A DNA stretch of 64,000 bases from Candidatus Moraniibacteriota bacterium (GCA_030645735.1 JAUSNP010000001.1:7502-71501); one strand, 5' to 3'. Positions 27,515 to 38,638 are shown, counted from the first letter of the stretch. Program-made: numbers and translations. Notes: generated by a model from the letters alone, not told the origin.

Positions 27515-28894
27515 ATGATTATGGCAGAACTAACTCAAATGGAGAAAATAGTTTCGTTTTGCAAGCGACGAGGTTTTATTTTTCCAACTTCAGAAATTTA
27601 TGGTGGACTAGCTAACTCATACAGTTATGGGCCATATGGTGTTGAATTGAAAAACAATATTAAGAAGATGTGGTGGAAGAAGTTTGTGCAGAAAAGGCCG
27701 GATATTGTGGGAATGGATGGTCCAATTTTATTGAACTCAAAATTGTGGGAAGCCTCAGGACACACAGATGGATTTAACGATGCCTTAGTAGATTGTAAAA
27801 AATGTAAAAAAAGATTTAGAGCTGATCATGTTGTGAAAGAATTGACAGGGGAGGATATGGAAGGTGAGTTGGACAAAATGACTAAGGCCTTGCAGTCAGG
27901 GCTAAAGTGTCCTGAATGTGGAAAGTCTGATTGGACGGAAGCGAAGAACATGAGTCAAATGTTCAAAACAGAAATGAATGGCGTGGATGGTCCAATATAT
28001 TTGCGACCAGAAACAGCGGGAGCAATTTTTTCTGATTATAAAAATATTGTTGATTCAATGCGGGTGCGAGTGCCGTTTGGTGTTGCGCAAATCGGCAAAG
28101 CTTTTCGCAATGAAATTGTTGCGCGCAATTTCATTTTCCGCATTCGAGAATTTGAACAAATGGAAATTGAATATTTTATTGAACCAGAGGCAGAATGGGA
28201 GCCGATGTTTGATAAATGGTTAGATGAACAAGAGGAATTTGCGTTAGAACTTGGAGCGAAAAAAGAAAATCTGAGGCGCTATGAGCATCCAAAAGCTAAG
28301 CTTTCCCATTATTCCAGAAAAACAGTCGATACAGAATATAACTTTCCATTTGGATTTGGTGAATTGTTTGGCTTGGCGCATCGAGGTGATTTTGATTTGA
28401 GTCAGCACTCCAAATTTTCTGGCCAAAAGTTAGATTATTTCGATCAGGTAAATAATAAACGCTATATTCCACATGTGTTGGAGCCAACAGTCGGTTTAGA
28501 CAGGTTGATTTTGACTGCAATTTGTGCCGGTTATACAGAAGAAAAATTGGAAGGCGGAGAAGAAGAACGAGTAGTGTTGAAATTTCCTAATGCAGTAGCA
28601 CCGATTAAGGTGGCAGTTTTCCCATTAATGAAGAATAAACCAGAGTTAGTAGCTAAGGCCAAGGAAATTTTCGAAAATTTGAGTGAAAATTATATGTGCG
28701 AATTTGATGACAATGGCAACGTAGGCAAGCGCTATCGTCGCCAAGATGAAATCGGCACACCATTCTGCGTGACAGTTGACTTCGATACATTGGAAGATGA
28801 TGCGGTGACCGTGCGTGATCGTGACACGATGCAACAAGAACGCATTAAAATTTCCGAGTTGGAAAATTATATTGCTAATAAATTAAGCGAATAA
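27515..28894 (+). CDS. glyQS: Glycine--tRNA ligase (class II, alpha2 homodimeric type)
   Basis: GGLANSYSYGPYGVELKNN and class II motifs; 459 aa. Confidence 0.9.
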   Translation: MIMAELTQMEKIVSFCKRRGFIFPTSEIYGGLANSYSYGPYGVELKNNIKKMWWKKFVQKRPDIVGMDGPILLNSKLWEASGHTDGFNDALVDCKKCKKRFRADHVVKELTGEDMEGELDKMTKALQSGLKCPECGKSDWTEAKNMSQMFKTEMNGVDGPIYLRPETAGAIFSDYKNIVDSMRVRVPFGVAQIGKAFRNEIVARNFIFRIREFEQMEIEYFIEPEAEWEPMFDKWLDEQEEFALELGAKKENLRRYEHPKAKLSHYSRKTVDTEYNFPFGFGELFGLAHRGDFDLSQHSKFSGQKLDYFDQVNNKRYIPHVLEPTVGLDRLILTAICAGYTEEKLEGGEEERVVLKFPNAVAPIKVAVFPLMKNKPELVAKAKEIFENLSENYMCEFDDNGNVGKRYRRQDEIGTPFCVTVDFDTLEDDAVTVRDRDTMQQERIKISELENYIANKLSE

Positions 28895-28898
28895 ATTT

Positions 28899-29870
28899 AT
28901 GAATATACAAGAGATATATAAACTAGCCATTGAGTTGGGTATCAGAAATGATTTTCGAGAGAAGTCTCAAATTGAAAAAAGTTTGAAAAGAAAAAAAGAA
29001 AAGTACACCAAACTTTCCAAAGAAGAGAAAGAAATTTTTGATGTTGATGCGTTGACTAACCCATATCCAGACAGTCGCATTCACAATGACACTGGAATCA
29101 AGAACATAAAAAGAGTGCGCGCTGGTATTGATATTGATTCGGGGGAGCTGATGATCGCGCAATATTTGAACAATCACAATCCCAAAGAAAAATCTGATTT
29201 AATTATCGGGCATCATCCAATTGGCAAGAGCCTAGCTGATCTTTCTGATGTGATGCATTTGCAGGCGGATGTTTTGGCGATGTATGGCGTGCCAATCAAT
29301 ATAGCTGAAAGTTTGATGAAAGTTAGGATTAGTGAGGTGAGTCGTGGAGTGAATCCATCCAATCATTTCAAGACTGTGGATGCAGCCAAATCACTAGGCT
29401 TGAGCTTGATGAATGTGCATACTCCAGCGGATAATATGGTGGCAAATTTCGTGGAAGCCAAATTGAAAAAAGATAAACCAGAATATGTGGGAGATATCTT
29501 GAAATCTCTTTTAGAAATTACTGAATATAAAGAAGCGGCGAAGCGCGGATCTGGGCCAGTGTTGTTTGCGGGCTCATCTGACAATCGCGCCGGAAAAATT
29601 GCACTAACAGAGATTACTGGTGGAACTGAGGGCAATTCCAAGATATATGAAAAATTAGCGCATGCCGGTGTGGGAACAGTTATCGGAATGCACATGAGTG
29701 AAGATCACAGAAAAGAGGCAGAAAAAGCGCACATCAATGTGGTTATTGCTGGACACATTTCTTCCGATTCACTTGGAATGAATTTGTTTCTAGATGAGTT
29801 GGAAAAACGTGGCATTGAAATAATTCCTTGCTCAGGTTTAACCCGTGTAAGTAGAAATAAGAAAAAATAA
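28899..29870 (+). CDS. Nif3/YqfO-like dinuclear metal-centre protein (weak)
   Basis: LIIGHHPIGK and C-terminal VVIAGHISSD resemble Nif3 metal ligands. Confidence 0.45.
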   Translation: MNIQEIYKLAIELGIRNDFREKSQIEKSLKRKKEKYTKLSKEEKEIFDVDALTNPYPDSRIHNDTGIKNIKRVRAGIDIDSGELMIAQYLNNHNPKEKSDLIIGHHPIGKSLADLSDVMHLQADVLAMYGVPINIAESLMKVRISEVSRGVNPSNHFKTVDAAKSLGLSLMNVHTPADNMVANFVEAKLKKDKPEYVGDILKSLLEITEYKEAAKRGSGPVLFAGSSDNRAGKIALTEITGGTEGNSKIYEKLAHAGVGTVIGMHMSEDHRKEAEKAHINVVIAGHISSDSLGMNLFLDELEKRGIEIIPCSGLTRVSRNKKK

Positions 29871-29874
29871 CGTT

Positions 29875-31146
29875 ATGAAATACAAGAAGACAACTCTGAA
29901 GAATGGCTTGCGTATTATTACGGCGCCAATGAAGGATACTAACACGGCTACGGTGGTGGTGATGGTGGGAGTGGGCAGCCGCTATGAAACAGAGAAAGAA
30001 GCTGGACTTTCACATTTCATCGAGCATATGTTCTTCAAGGGCACGAAAAAGCGACCCAACACTTTGGCAATTTCTGAAGAATTGGATTCAATTGGCGGAG
30101 AGTTTAATGCTTTTACATCTAAAGATCATACGGGTTATTATGCCAAGACTGATGCCAAACATCTGGAGACTGCATTGGATGTGGTTTCGGATATGTATTT
30201 GAATTCAAAAATTGAGGCAGAAGAAATTGAAAGAGAAAAAGGCACGATTATTCAAGAATTGAATATGTATGAAGACAATCCCATGCGGACTGTGGGAGAT
30301 CTTTTCGAAAACATGCTCTATCCAAAAAGTTTTTTAGGACGAGATATTATTGGATACAAAAAAACTATCAATGCTTTCAAGCGAAAAGATTTTTTGCAGT
30401 ATATGGGACGCTTTTATGTGGCCAATGACACCGTGGTTTGCGTGTCAGGAAAATTTGATGAAAAGAGGATTATGTCACTTGTGAAAAAATATTTTTTAAC
30501 AATGCCGACTGGCAAGAAGCCGCAATTTAAAAATGTTACGGAAGATCAAAAAAAGCCAGAGGTGAAAATAAAATTCAAAAAAACTGACCAATCTCATTTA
30601 ATTTTAGGCAATCGAGCATATCACGAAAACCATAAGGATAGATTTGTGGCGTCGCTACTGTCTATAATTTTAGGTGGCAATATGAGCAGTCGCTTGTTTA
30701 TCGAAGTGCGGGAAAGAAGAGGGTTGGCTTATTACATCAAAACTGGCGGTGATTCATACGAGGATTGTGGATACTTGGCGACTCAAGCGGGCGTGGAACA
30801 TAAAAATTTGGAAGAAGCAGTCAGAGTTATCTTGCAGGAATATAAAAAAATCGCGACGGAAAAGGTCTCTGAGAAAGAATTGCAAAGAGCCAAGAACTAT
30901 ATTAAAGGTAAAAGCGTGATGGGTCTAGAGTCTTCTGACGAAGTGGCCATGTTTTTCATCGATCAAGAAATTAAAAGAAATAAGGTTATGACCATTAAGG
31001 AAATTTTTGCCAAGATTGACAAAGTCACCACGAGTGATATCTTGAGGGTAGCCAAAGATATTTTCCTGGAAAAAAGCCTGAATTTGGCGATTATTGGACC
31101 GCATAAAAACGAGAAGAAAATCAAGAATCTATTGAAGCTGGCATAA
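29875..31146 (+). CDS. M16 family zinc peptidase (pitrilysin/insulinase-like)
   Basis: Inverted zinc motif HFIEHMFFKGT (HxxEH). Confidence 0.85.
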   Translation: MKYKKTTLKNGLRIITAPMKDTNTATVVVMVGVGSRYETEKEAGLSHFIEHMFFKGTKKRPNTLAISEELDSIGGEFNAFTSKDHTGYYAKTDAKHLETALDVVSDMYLNSKIEAEEIEREKGTIIQELNMYEDNPMRTVGDLFENMLYPKSFLGRDIIGYKKTINAFKRKDFLQYMGRFYVANDTVVCVSGKFDEKRIMSLVKKYFLTMPTGKKPQFKNVTEDQKKPEVKIKFKKTDQSHLILGNRAYHENHKDRFVASLLSIILGGNMSSRLFIEVRERRGLAYYIKTGGDSYEDCGYLATQAGVEHKNLEEAVRVILQEYKKIATEKVSEKELQRAKNYIKGKSVMGLESSDEVAMFFIDQEIKRNKVMTIKEIFAKIDKVTTSDILRVAKDIFLEKSLNLAIIGPHKNEKKIKNLLKLA

Positions 31147-31162
31147 TTTTTTTTAAGCCTCA

Positions 31163-32212
31163 TTGCGAGGCAAAGTAAATTCAATGAAAGAAGAAAAGTG
31201 TCAAACAGATATTTTTATGGGTGTGATTTTGCGAACTGCTTTGTTGGGAGCGGGGATTTGGTTTTTGTATATGATTCGTGAAATCGTTCTGTTGGTTTTT
31301 GTGGCGATTCTGATTGTAGCCGCTATCAATCCGTTGGTTGGTTGGATGCAGAAAAAAAAGATTCCACGAACGGCGGGAGTTTTCTTGGTTTATGCGATTG
31401 TGATTTTGATGATTGGGCTTTCCGTCTCGTTTCTCATTCCGCCGCTAGTCAGTCAGTTCAATGATTTTTCTCAAAAGGCTCCGACGATTGTGCAGAAAGC
31501 GCTGGATGTCTTTGGTACAGCGCAGAACTTTTTTCAATCTCACAACATAAATCTAGGCCAACAGGACGTGGATACCAACACAAATAATCAAGTCTCAAGT
31601 TTACCAGGAACAATTTTTTCTGGCACAGTTGGCTTAGTTTCAGGAGCCATTTCGACTTTGATAGTTTTTGTGATGGCTTTCTATATGACAGTCAATGAAA
31701 ATGGAATTAAAAATTTCATAGTTTCTATTACGCCAGAAAAGCATAAAGCATATGCAGCTTCAGCTACGGAAAGAATAGAAGAAAAAATCGGCAAGTGGAC
31801 GCAAGGGCAATTCTTCCTGATGTTTTTTATGTTCATCTTGGATTTTGTGTGGCTGTCGATTTTGGGCGTGCCCTATGCTTTGGCGCTGGCCTTGTTTGCG
31901 GGTCTCATGGAAATCATTCCATATATCGGACCGATTGTTTCTGCCATCCCAGGAATCATCTTGGCGTCAATGATTTCACCATTAACCGGCTTCATTGCGC
32001 TGCTTCTGTATTTCTTGACCCAGCAATTTGAAAGTCATGTTATTGTACCGCAAGTCATGAAAAAAGCTGTTGGACTCAATCCGGTGGCTGTGATCGTGGC
32101 CTTACTCATTGGTTTGAAATTGGGTGGAGTTATGGGCGCCATCTTGGCCATCCCACTAGCCACGGCTATCAGCATCTTCATCACTGATTTCATGAAAAAA
32201 CATGAGATGTAG
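31163..32212 (+). CDS. AI-2E (PerM/UPF0118) family transporter
   Basis: Eight TM segments; C-terminal LNPVAVIVALLIGLKLGGVMGAILAIPL family pattern. Confidence 0.65.
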   Translation: MRGKVNSMKEEKCQTDIFMGVILRTALLGAGIWFLYMIREIVLLVFVAILIVAAINPLVGWMQKKKIPRTAGVFLVYAIVILMIGLSVSFLIPPLVSQFNDFSQKAPTIVQKALDVFGTAQNFFQSHNINLGQQDVDTNTNNQVSSLPGTIFSGTVGLVSGAISTLIVFVMAFYMTVNENGIKNFIVSITPEKHKAYAASATERIEEKIGKWTQGQFFLMFFMFILDFVWLSILGVPYALALALFAGLMEIIPYIGPIVSAIPGIILASMISPLTGFIALLLYFLTQQFESHVIVPQVMKKAVGLNPVAVIVALLIGLKLGGVMGAILAIPLATAISIFITDFMKKHEM

Positions 32213-32292
32213 TTGATGTATGAGTTATTGTTATATTGTTAAAATGCTGATAAACTTGAAGTAATGTTTAGCAATAAGGCAATTTATCAAAT

Positions 32293-32991
32293 ATGACAAT
32301 TAATTCTGGAATATTATACATCGTGGCTACGCCAATTGGAAATCTGGAAGATATCACTTTCCGGGCGGTTCGGGCATTGGGCGAGGTAGATTTGATTGTT
32401 TGTGAGGATACGCGCGTGACCAAGCGACTTTTGGATCATTATGGTGTCGAAACGCAAGCCACTTCTTTCTATCAAAATCTGAAAAAGGGCGGAGCAGTCA
32501 AGCCCGTGCCAAAGTTGGCATTTTTGATCGAAGAGCTGAAAGGTGGCAAAAATTTGGCTTTGGTGACTGATGCGGGGACTCCAGGGATTTCTGATCCGGG
32601 CAATCAATTGGTGGCTGAAGCCGTAGCCAACCAAATTGCCGTCATCCCAATTCCAGGCGTGTCCGCCGTGACGACTTTGGCGAGTGTTTCCGGCATTGAT
32701 CTGACGGAATTTGCTTTCTTGGGATTCCCACCGCACAAAAAAGGCCGTGAAACATTTTTTAAACGAGTGTTGGAATTTTCTTTGCCAGTGATGTTCTATG
32801 AATCGCCACATCGTGTTTTGAAGAATTTGGAATTGTTGCAAAAAATGGAAACAACCAAGCAAGTGATTTTGGGTCGTGAACTGACCAAAATGTTTGAAGA
32901 AATTGTCCGTGGCACAGTTCCGGAAGTGTTGGAATATTTTCAACAAAATCCCAGCAAAGTTAAAGGCGAGTTTGTAATCATTGTATATTAA
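32293..32991 (+). CDS. rsmI: 16S rRNA (cytidine1402-2'-O)-methyltransferase
   Basis: LYIVATPIGNLEDITFRA...LIVCEDTR. Confidence 0.9.
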   Translation: MTINSGILYIVATPIGNLEDITFRAVRALGEVDLIVCEDTRVTKRLLDHYGVETQATSFYQNLKKGGAVKPVPKLAFLIEELKGGKNLALVTDAGTPGISDPGNQLVAEAVANQIAVIPIPGVSAVTTLASVSGIDLTEFAFLGFPPHKKGRETFFKRVLEFSLPVMFYESPHRVLKNLELLQKMETTKQVILGRELTKMFEEIVRGTVPEVLEYFQQNPSKVKGEFVIIVY

Positions 32992-32992
32992 T

Positions 32993-34387
32993 ATGTCAGA
33001 AAAATTTTATATCACAACTCCCATATATTACGTAAATGCGAAACCACATGTTGGTCATGCATATACGACCATTGCGGCCGATGTTTTGGCACGCTTTCAA
33101 AAATTGCAAGGCAAAGAAGTTTTCTTTTTGACTGGCACAGACGAACATGGTTTGAAAATTCAAAAGAAAGCGGATGAGGCCGGCTTGGCACCGCAACAAT
33201 TTGTGGATGGGATTTCTGATGAATTCAAGAAACTCTGGAAGGATTTGAATATTGATTATTCTAATTTTATACGAACTACAGACAAAAAGCATATTGAGGC
33301 CGTGCAGAAAGTTTTGCAAACATTGTATGACAAAGGTGCAATCTACAAGGGTACATATTCTGGGATGTATTGTGTGGGATGTGAGCAATTTAAAAGCGAA
33401 AACGAGCTAGTTGATGGAAAATGTCCAGATCATGGTACTGTGCCAGAAAAAATGGAAGAAGAATGCTATCTTCTAAAAATGACAGATATTCAAGAAAGAT
33501 TGATTGAAAAGATTGAAAAAAATGAATTTGAAATTGCACCAGAAAGATATAAAAATGAAATTCTGTCTTTTTTGAAAAGTCAGAAATTAAACGATATTTC
33601 TATATCCAGAAAGAATGTGGCATGGGGGATTCCATTGCCATTTGATCTAAATCAAACAGCCTATGTTTGGATTGATGCATTTTTGAATTATCTAACTGGC
33701 TTAGGTTGGGATGGCGATGAAAAAAATATTCCCAAGGAGTGGCCAGTGGATGTGCAGTTTATCGGCAAAGATATTTTGCGCGTGCACGCCACTATTTGGC
33801 CGGCAATCTTATTGCATCTGGGGATTGAATTGCCCAAAATGATTTTCACGCACGGACATATTTTGTCAGATGGAAAAAAGATGAGCAAAACCTTGGGCAA
33901 CTCAATTGCTACTTCAGATATGATTGAAAAATTCGGCATAGATGGCACTCGTTACCTTTTGCTTTCAGCCGGACCCTTTGGACAAGATATTGATGTGACA
34001 ATGAAGAGAATGATTGAAAATTATAATGCAGACCTAGCAAATGGTTTAGGTAATTTAGTTTCCAGAATAATTAAGTTAAGTGAGAGTGCCACGAAGCCTG
34101 ACATTATTAGTACAAATAATAATATCATAGAAGGTATGAAATTTGATTTGAAACTTAGCTTTATTTGGTCTGGCATTAGGGCATGCAATAAATATATTGA
34201 TGATAATAAACCCTGGGAGCTAGTAAAAAATAATAAAGAAGAATTTGAAAATGTTATTTTGAAACTAAAAAGAGATCTTAGTATAATTGCAAATGACCTA
34301 ATTCCATTTATGCCTGACACTGCAGAAAAAATAAAAAAAGCTTTGGAAACAAAACAAGTAGAGATTCTTTTTCCAAGAATAAAATAA
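32993..34387 (+). CDS. metG: Methionine--tRNA ligase (short form lacking the C-terminal domain)
   Basis: PIYYVNAKPHVGHAYT (HIGH), KMSKTLGN; zinc knuckle CVGCEQF...CPDHG. Confidence 0.95.
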   Translation: MSEKFYITTPIYYVNAKPHVGHAYTTIAADVLARFQKLQGKEVFFLTGTDEHGLKIQKKADEAGLAPQQFVDGISDEFKKLWKDLNIDYSNFIRTTDKKHIEAVQKVLQTLYDKGAIYKGTYSGMYCVGCEQFKSENELVDGKCPDHGTVPEKMEEECYLLKMTDIQERLIEKIEKNEFEIAPERYKNEILSFLKSQKLNDISISRKNVAWGIPLPFDLNQTAYVWIDAFLNYLTGLGWDGDEKNIPKEWPVDVQFIGKDILRVHATIWPAILLHLGIELPKMIFTHGHILSDGKKMSKTLGNSIATSDMIEKFGIDGTRYLLLSAGPFGQDIDVTMKRMIENYNADLANGLGNLVSRIIKLSESATKPDIISTNNNIIEGMKFDLKLSFIWSGIRACNKYIDDNKPWELVKNNKEEFENVILKLKRDLSIIANDLIPFMPDTAEKIKKALETKQVEILFPRIK

Positions 34388-34406
34388 ATTTGTTTTTAAA
34401 ATAAAA

Positions 34407-35081
34407 ATGAACAAAATAAAATTAGGATTATTGTTTGCGATAATATTAACGCTAGTTTCTTGCGAAACAGTTTTAGCTGAGGATGTGCTCAATCCAAATT
34501 ATGGTACAACAACTTTCTTTTCCGAGAAAAGTGAGAAGCCATCCAGCAATCCTCCTGTGTATGATGTTGGCGCCAAGGCGGGCAAAAAACCTCCCAAAGA
34601 TGATAACAATGATAATGGGGCTGATGACAATAACAATGGCGGATTGTTCAATCGAATAGTCGATAGCGTAGGAGGTTTTTTTGGCGGAGCGACTGACTCA
34701 ATGACTGATCCAACAAAAAATTCATTGTTTGATTTGCAAAAAGATTCTAATCAGAATGATTCTAATTCAGGAAGCGATGGCAGTGATTTTGTTATGGGTG
34801 CCAGAGGAGAGAGCTTGGAAAATTTAGATGAGGAAGTGGCTGCAAAATATAATAGCCGAGTTTCCAGCGGTTTTAGCTTTAGGGACAATGGGTCAAGTTC
34901 GGCGCCCAAAAAAAGCAAGTTGCTTTTTACAAATATTGTGATTCCCATTGATATGACAACTCAGTATGTTCTAGTGGGCTTTGTGTTTTTAATAGCAACC
35001 GGATTAGCAGTTGGATATTATTTATGGAAAAAAGAAGTCGCTAAGGATAAAAAATATTCAGATGATGAAGATTATCAGTAA
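34407..35081 (+). CDS. Secreted/anchored low-complexity (D/N/G-rich) protein with signal peptide and C-terminal TM
   Basis: N-terminal signal-like segment, DDNNDNGADDNNNGG, C-terminal hydrophobic helix. Confidence 0.4.
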   Translation: MNKIKLGLLFAIILTLVSCETVLAEDVLNPNYGTTTFFSEKSEKPSSNPPVYDVGAKAGKKPPKDDNNDNGADDNNNGGLFNRIVDSVGGFFGGATDSMTDPTKNSLFDLQKDSNQNDSNSGSDGSDFVMGARGESLENLDEEVAAKYNSRVSSGFSFRDNGSSSAPKKSKLLFTNIVIPIDMTTQYVLVGFVFLIATGLAVGYYLWKKEVAKDKKYSDDEDYQ

Positions 35082-35092
35082 CAAAAGCCAGT

Positions 35093-35887
35093 ATGATTGA
35101 TAGCCATGCGCACCTAGACGATAGGCAATATGATCAAGATCGCGAAGCAACCATTGCTCGCGCTTTTGCGTCTGGCGTGGAAAAAATAATCAATATCGGC
35201 GCAGATTTAGCAGGAAGTATTGCCTCAGTCGAATTAGCTATACAATATGACAATGTTTTTGCCACAGTGGGACTGCATCCGAATGTTTTTGATGAGTTTG
35301 ATGAATCCCAAGTCCAAGAACTTTGCAATGAAATTCGCAATCTAGCTAGCAATGAAAAAGTAGTGGCCATTGGAGAAATTGGTTTGGATTATTATAGCCA
35401 TGACGAAAACTCGATTACACCAGAACAAAAAGAAAATCAGAAAAAAAGTTTTGTGGCTCAAATTGAAATTGCTCGAGAATTTAATCTACCAGTTGTTATT
35501 CATTGTCGAGACGCCTATGAAGATGTATATGAAATAATTGAAAAATATCCTGAAGTTAGTTTTGTATTTCATTGTTATGGGGGCGGCTTGGAATTTACGC
35601 AAAAACTTTTGAGTATGAATAATGTCTGGTTTTCTTTTACTGGAAACATTACCTATGCCAAATCTGACTTGGAAGTATTTGGCGTGGTAAAAGAAATCCC
35701 ATTGGAGAGGATAATGCTGGAGACAGATTGTCCATATTTGACCCCGGTGCCACATCGCGGGAAACGGAATGAACCGGCTTATGTCACCTATGTCCAGGGT
35801 AAAATCGCTGAAATAAAGCAAATTTCAGCTAATAAAGTGGATGAAGTGACCACAAGAACTGCCAAGAAATTCCTCAGTCTAGCTTAG
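35093..35887 (+). CDS. tatD: TatD-family metal-dependent DNase/hydrolase
   Basis: MIDSHAHLD start motif, conserved His/Glu/Asp. Confidence 0.9.
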   Translation: MIDSHAHLDDRQYDQDREATIARAFASGVEKIINIGADLAGSIASVELAIQYDNVFATVGLHPNVFDEFDESQVQELCNEIRNLASNEKVVAIGEIGLDYYSHDENSITPEQKENQKKSFVAQIEIAREFNLPVVIHCRDAYEDVYEIIEKYPEVSFVFHCYGGGLEFTQKLLSMNNVWFSFTGNITYAKSDLEVFGVVKEIPLERIMLETDCPYLTPVPHRGKRNEPAYVTYVQGKIAEIKQISANKVDEVTTRTAKKFLSLA

Positions 35888-35910
35888 CTGAGCCCAAATT
35901 TTTCGTTGAG

Positions 35911-36249
35911 TTGACTTTTTTACCAATTTGCGAGACAATTAATAACGATGCTGTGACCCTAATTCAAGAACCTTCAAAGATGATTGAGGATAATAAGCAG
36001 GTTAAAAACTATTGGAAAGAAAACGGCTTGAGCCTGTTTTTTAAATTGAGCGGTTGGATTGTCGGACCAATTTTGCTGGCAGTTGTTGTTGGGAAATGGC
36101 TGGACAAGAAATATCAAACTGAGCCATGGCTGTTTCTCTTGTCAGTTGGAGTCGCTTTCGCGATTTCAGTCTATGGCATGATCAAGGATGCTTTGGCAGA
36201 ACTAAAAAGAATTGAAGCAGAAGAAAAAAATAAAAAGTCTAAAGACTAA
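35911..36249 (+). CDS. AtpZ/AtpI-like small membrane protein preceding the atp operon
   Basis: 2-TM protein with GPILLAVVVGKWLDKKYQTEPW resembling PF09527; position upstream of atpB. Confidence 0.5.
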   Translation: MTFLPICETINNDAVTLIQEPSKMIEDNKQVKNYWKENGLSLFFKLSGWIVGPILLAVVVGKWLDKKYQTEPWLFLLSVGVAFAISVYGMIKDALAELKRIEAEEKNKKSKD

Positions 36250-36375
36250 TTGCTAAAGTCTAAAGCAAAACTAAAGTTAAAAGTATAAAGTTAAAAAATA
36301 CTTAAAACTTTAGACTTAAATACTTTTTTTTAGACTTTGAACTTTAGATATTAGACTTATAAACTATAGATCAAA
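36250..36375. repeat. Long A/T-rich imperfect palindrome built of ctaaagt units (taaagtctaaag...ctttagactt)
   Basis: Inverted copies of taaagtc/gactttag flanking a T8 run. Confidence 0.55.
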
Positions 36376-36377
36376 AT

Positions 36378-37226
36378 ATGTCAGCGAATACAGAGCAAAT
36401 AAATAATAGTGCAGAAACTCAAGAAGTCTCTCATGAGGCAACTCTTTTTGCTGAACCGATTTTTCACATCGGCAGTTTCACAGTCACCAACGCTTTGCTC
36501 AATAGTTGGGCAACCGTAATCATCTTAGTGATTTTGTTTGTTGTGATTGGCAAGAAAATCAAGAGTGTGCCAAAGGGTTTGCAAAATATTTTTGAAATTT
36601 TGATGGATGAGGCCTTGAAACTAGCTGACAGCGTAACTGGCAATCGCAAGAAGACTGAAAAATTCTTGCCCATTGCCCTGACGCTGTTTTTGTTTATCTT
36701 GGTGAACAATTGGTTGGGTCTTTTGCCAGGTGTTGGCACCATGGGATTTATTGAGAACGGCGAGCACGGGAAGGTTTTCGTGCCACTTTTCCGTGGAGCC
36801 ACAGCTGATTTGAATATGACTTTAGCCCTATCACTTTTCGCAGTTGTGGCCTCGCATGTGATGGGTGTAATTATGATTGGTGTGACTAGTCATTTGAACA
36901 AGTTTTTGAATGTGAAAGCTTTTCTAGAAATTCCGAAAAAAATCAAGAAAGACATCTCTGTGATTTTGGTCAATCCAATCAAAGCGTTTGTGGGTCTGAT
37001 TGAAATTATTGGAGAGATTGCCAAGGTGGCTTCATTGTCATTTAGGTTGTTCGGCAACATTTTTGCCGGCGAGGTTTTGATGGCTTCAATGATGGCGATT
37101 TTCGCTTTCGTTTTGCCGTTGCCATTTATTTTTATGGAAATTGTAGTGGGTGTTATTCAGGCGTTGATTTTTGCGATGTTGACGATGGTGTTTATGACGA
37201 TAGCGACTACCAACGAAGAGCACTAA
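36378..37226 (+). CDS. atpB: ATP synthase F0 subunit a
   Basis: Conserved Arg in SLSFRLFGNIFAGE. Confidence 0.9.
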   Translation: MSANTEQINNSAETQEVSHEATLFAEPIFHIGSFTVTNALLNSWATVIILVILFVVIGKKIKSVPKGLQNIFEILMDEALKLADSVTGNRKKTEKFLPIALTLFLFILVNNWLGLLPGVGTMGFIENGEHGKVFVPLFRGATADLNMTLALSLFAVVASHVMGVIMIGVTSHLNKFLNVKAFLEIPKKIKKDISVILVNPIKAFVGLIEIIGEIAKVASLSFRLFGNIFAGEVLMASMMAIFAFVLPLPFIFMEIVVGVIQALIFAMLTMVFMTIATTNEEH

Positions 37227-37317
37227 TTTTTTTTGTTAATTAATTTTTTTTTATATTTTATTTATAATCACTAACTATTCTCCCCATAGAGAGAGAAAGG
37301 ATAAATAGTGGTGTTAA

Positions 37318-37545
<228 letters not shown>

Positions 37546-37617
37546 TTTCACAAGACTCTTCAGTAATGGAGAGTCTGAATGAGACTATTTTAAAAAATAA
37601 CCAAACTATATAATATT

Positions 37618-38106
37618 ATGGAAGAATTAGTAAAAACATTTCATATTGAGGCGGGCATGTTGTTGGCTCAATTTATTAATTTCGTGATTGTTTTATTGGT
37701 GTTGTATAAATTTGCCTATGGACCAGTTTTGAAATTGTTAAATGAAAGAACAGCCAAAATTGAAAAAGGCTTGGCGGACGCTGAAGCTTCACACAAAAAA
37801 TTGTCTGAAATTTCTGAAAAGGAAGCCGCAGTTTTGGTGGAAGCGAGAAAACAAGCACAAGAAATCATCAAGAAAGCCGAGGATATGGCAATCACTCAAT
37901 CACAGGTGATTGTGACCACTGCCAAAGAACAAACTGAAAAAATGATGGAAACTGCCAAGAAACAAATTGAACAAGAAAAAGAAAAATTATTGGCAGAAGT
38001 GAAAACAGAGGTGGCAAACCTAGTAGTGATGGCAACAGAAAAAATTATTCATGAAAAATTGGACAGTCATAAAGACCAGGAGTTAATAGGCAGGTCAATT
38101 GTATAA
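37618..38106 (+). CDS. atpF: ATP synthase F0 subunit b
   Basis: N-terminal TM plus long charged coiled coil; gene order. Confidence 0.8.
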   Translation: MEELVKTFHIEAGMLLAQFINFVIVLLVLYKFAYGPVLKLLNERTAKIEKGLADAEASHKKLSEISEKEAAVLVEARKQAQEIIKKAEDMAITQSQVIVTTAKEQTEKMMETAKKQIEQEKEKLLAEVKTEVANLVVMATEKIIHEKLDSHKDQELIGRSIV

Positions 38107-38236
38107 AATCCAAAAATCAAAATCTCAAATTCCAAATAAATTACAATATCAAAAAACTAAAATTCAAAACGATTTTGAATTTTGAAAATTGTAATTTAGA
38201 ATTTATTTGGAGCTTGTAATTTAGAATTTGTAATTT
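38107..38236. repeat. A-rich 7-mer periodic tract (aaaatcc aaaaatc aaaatct...) containing nested palindromes
   Basis: caaattccaaataaattacaa / ttgtaatttagaatttatttgg and aaattcaaaacgattttgaattt. Confidence 0.5.
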
Positions 38237-38638
38237 ATGAAAATAACAGTAACACAATATGCCAAGTCTCTATATGAGGCAATTAAAGATAAGCCACAAA
38301 TAGAGGTTGATTTGGTGGTGACAAATTTCTTGAAACTTTTGCAAAAAAATGGTCAAATGAAATTGGCTAAAAAAGTCAGTGAAAAATTTTCAGCCATTTG
38401 GAACAAGGAGCAGGGAGTTGTGGAAGCAGAAGTGATCACAAGATACAAGATACAAGATACAATGACCAAAGAAATCGAAAAGTTTATCAAAGAAAAATAT
38501 TCAGCTAAGGAAGTGGTGATAAAGAATGTAGTGGATGAAAAGATTCAGGGCGGAGTAATTATAAAAGTCGGAGATGAATTGTTAGACGCTTCAGTAGCGG
38601 GCATGCTAGAAAATCTAAAAAAAGAATTGGCAAAATAA
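38237..38638 (+). CDS. atpH: ATP synthase F1 delta subunit (short, 133 aa)
   Basis: C-terminal [20 protein letters not shown]; gene order. Confidence 0.75.
   Translation: MKITVTQYAKSLYEAIKDKPQIEVDLVVTNFLKLLQKNGQMKLAKKVSEKFSAIWNKEQGVVEAEVITRYKIQDTMTKEIEKFIKEKYSAKEVVIKNVVDEKIQGGVIIKVGDELLDASVAGMLENLKKELAK
38439..38463 (+). repeat. 7-nt tandem repeat (agataca)x3, in-frame in atpH
   Basis: caagatacaagatacaagatacaatg. Confidence 0.75.

Noticed and set aside
31157-31171. Hairpin gcctcattgcgaggc after the M16 peptidase gene, considered as a terminator
   Set aside because: The T-run precedes rather than follows the stem on the + strand; more likely a fragment related to the cattgcgag TIR family
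32314-32946. 210-aa minus-strand ORF antisense to rsmI
   Set aside because: rsmI on the + strand has unmistakable motifs; the antisense ORF is W/H/Q-rich nonsense typical of shadow frames
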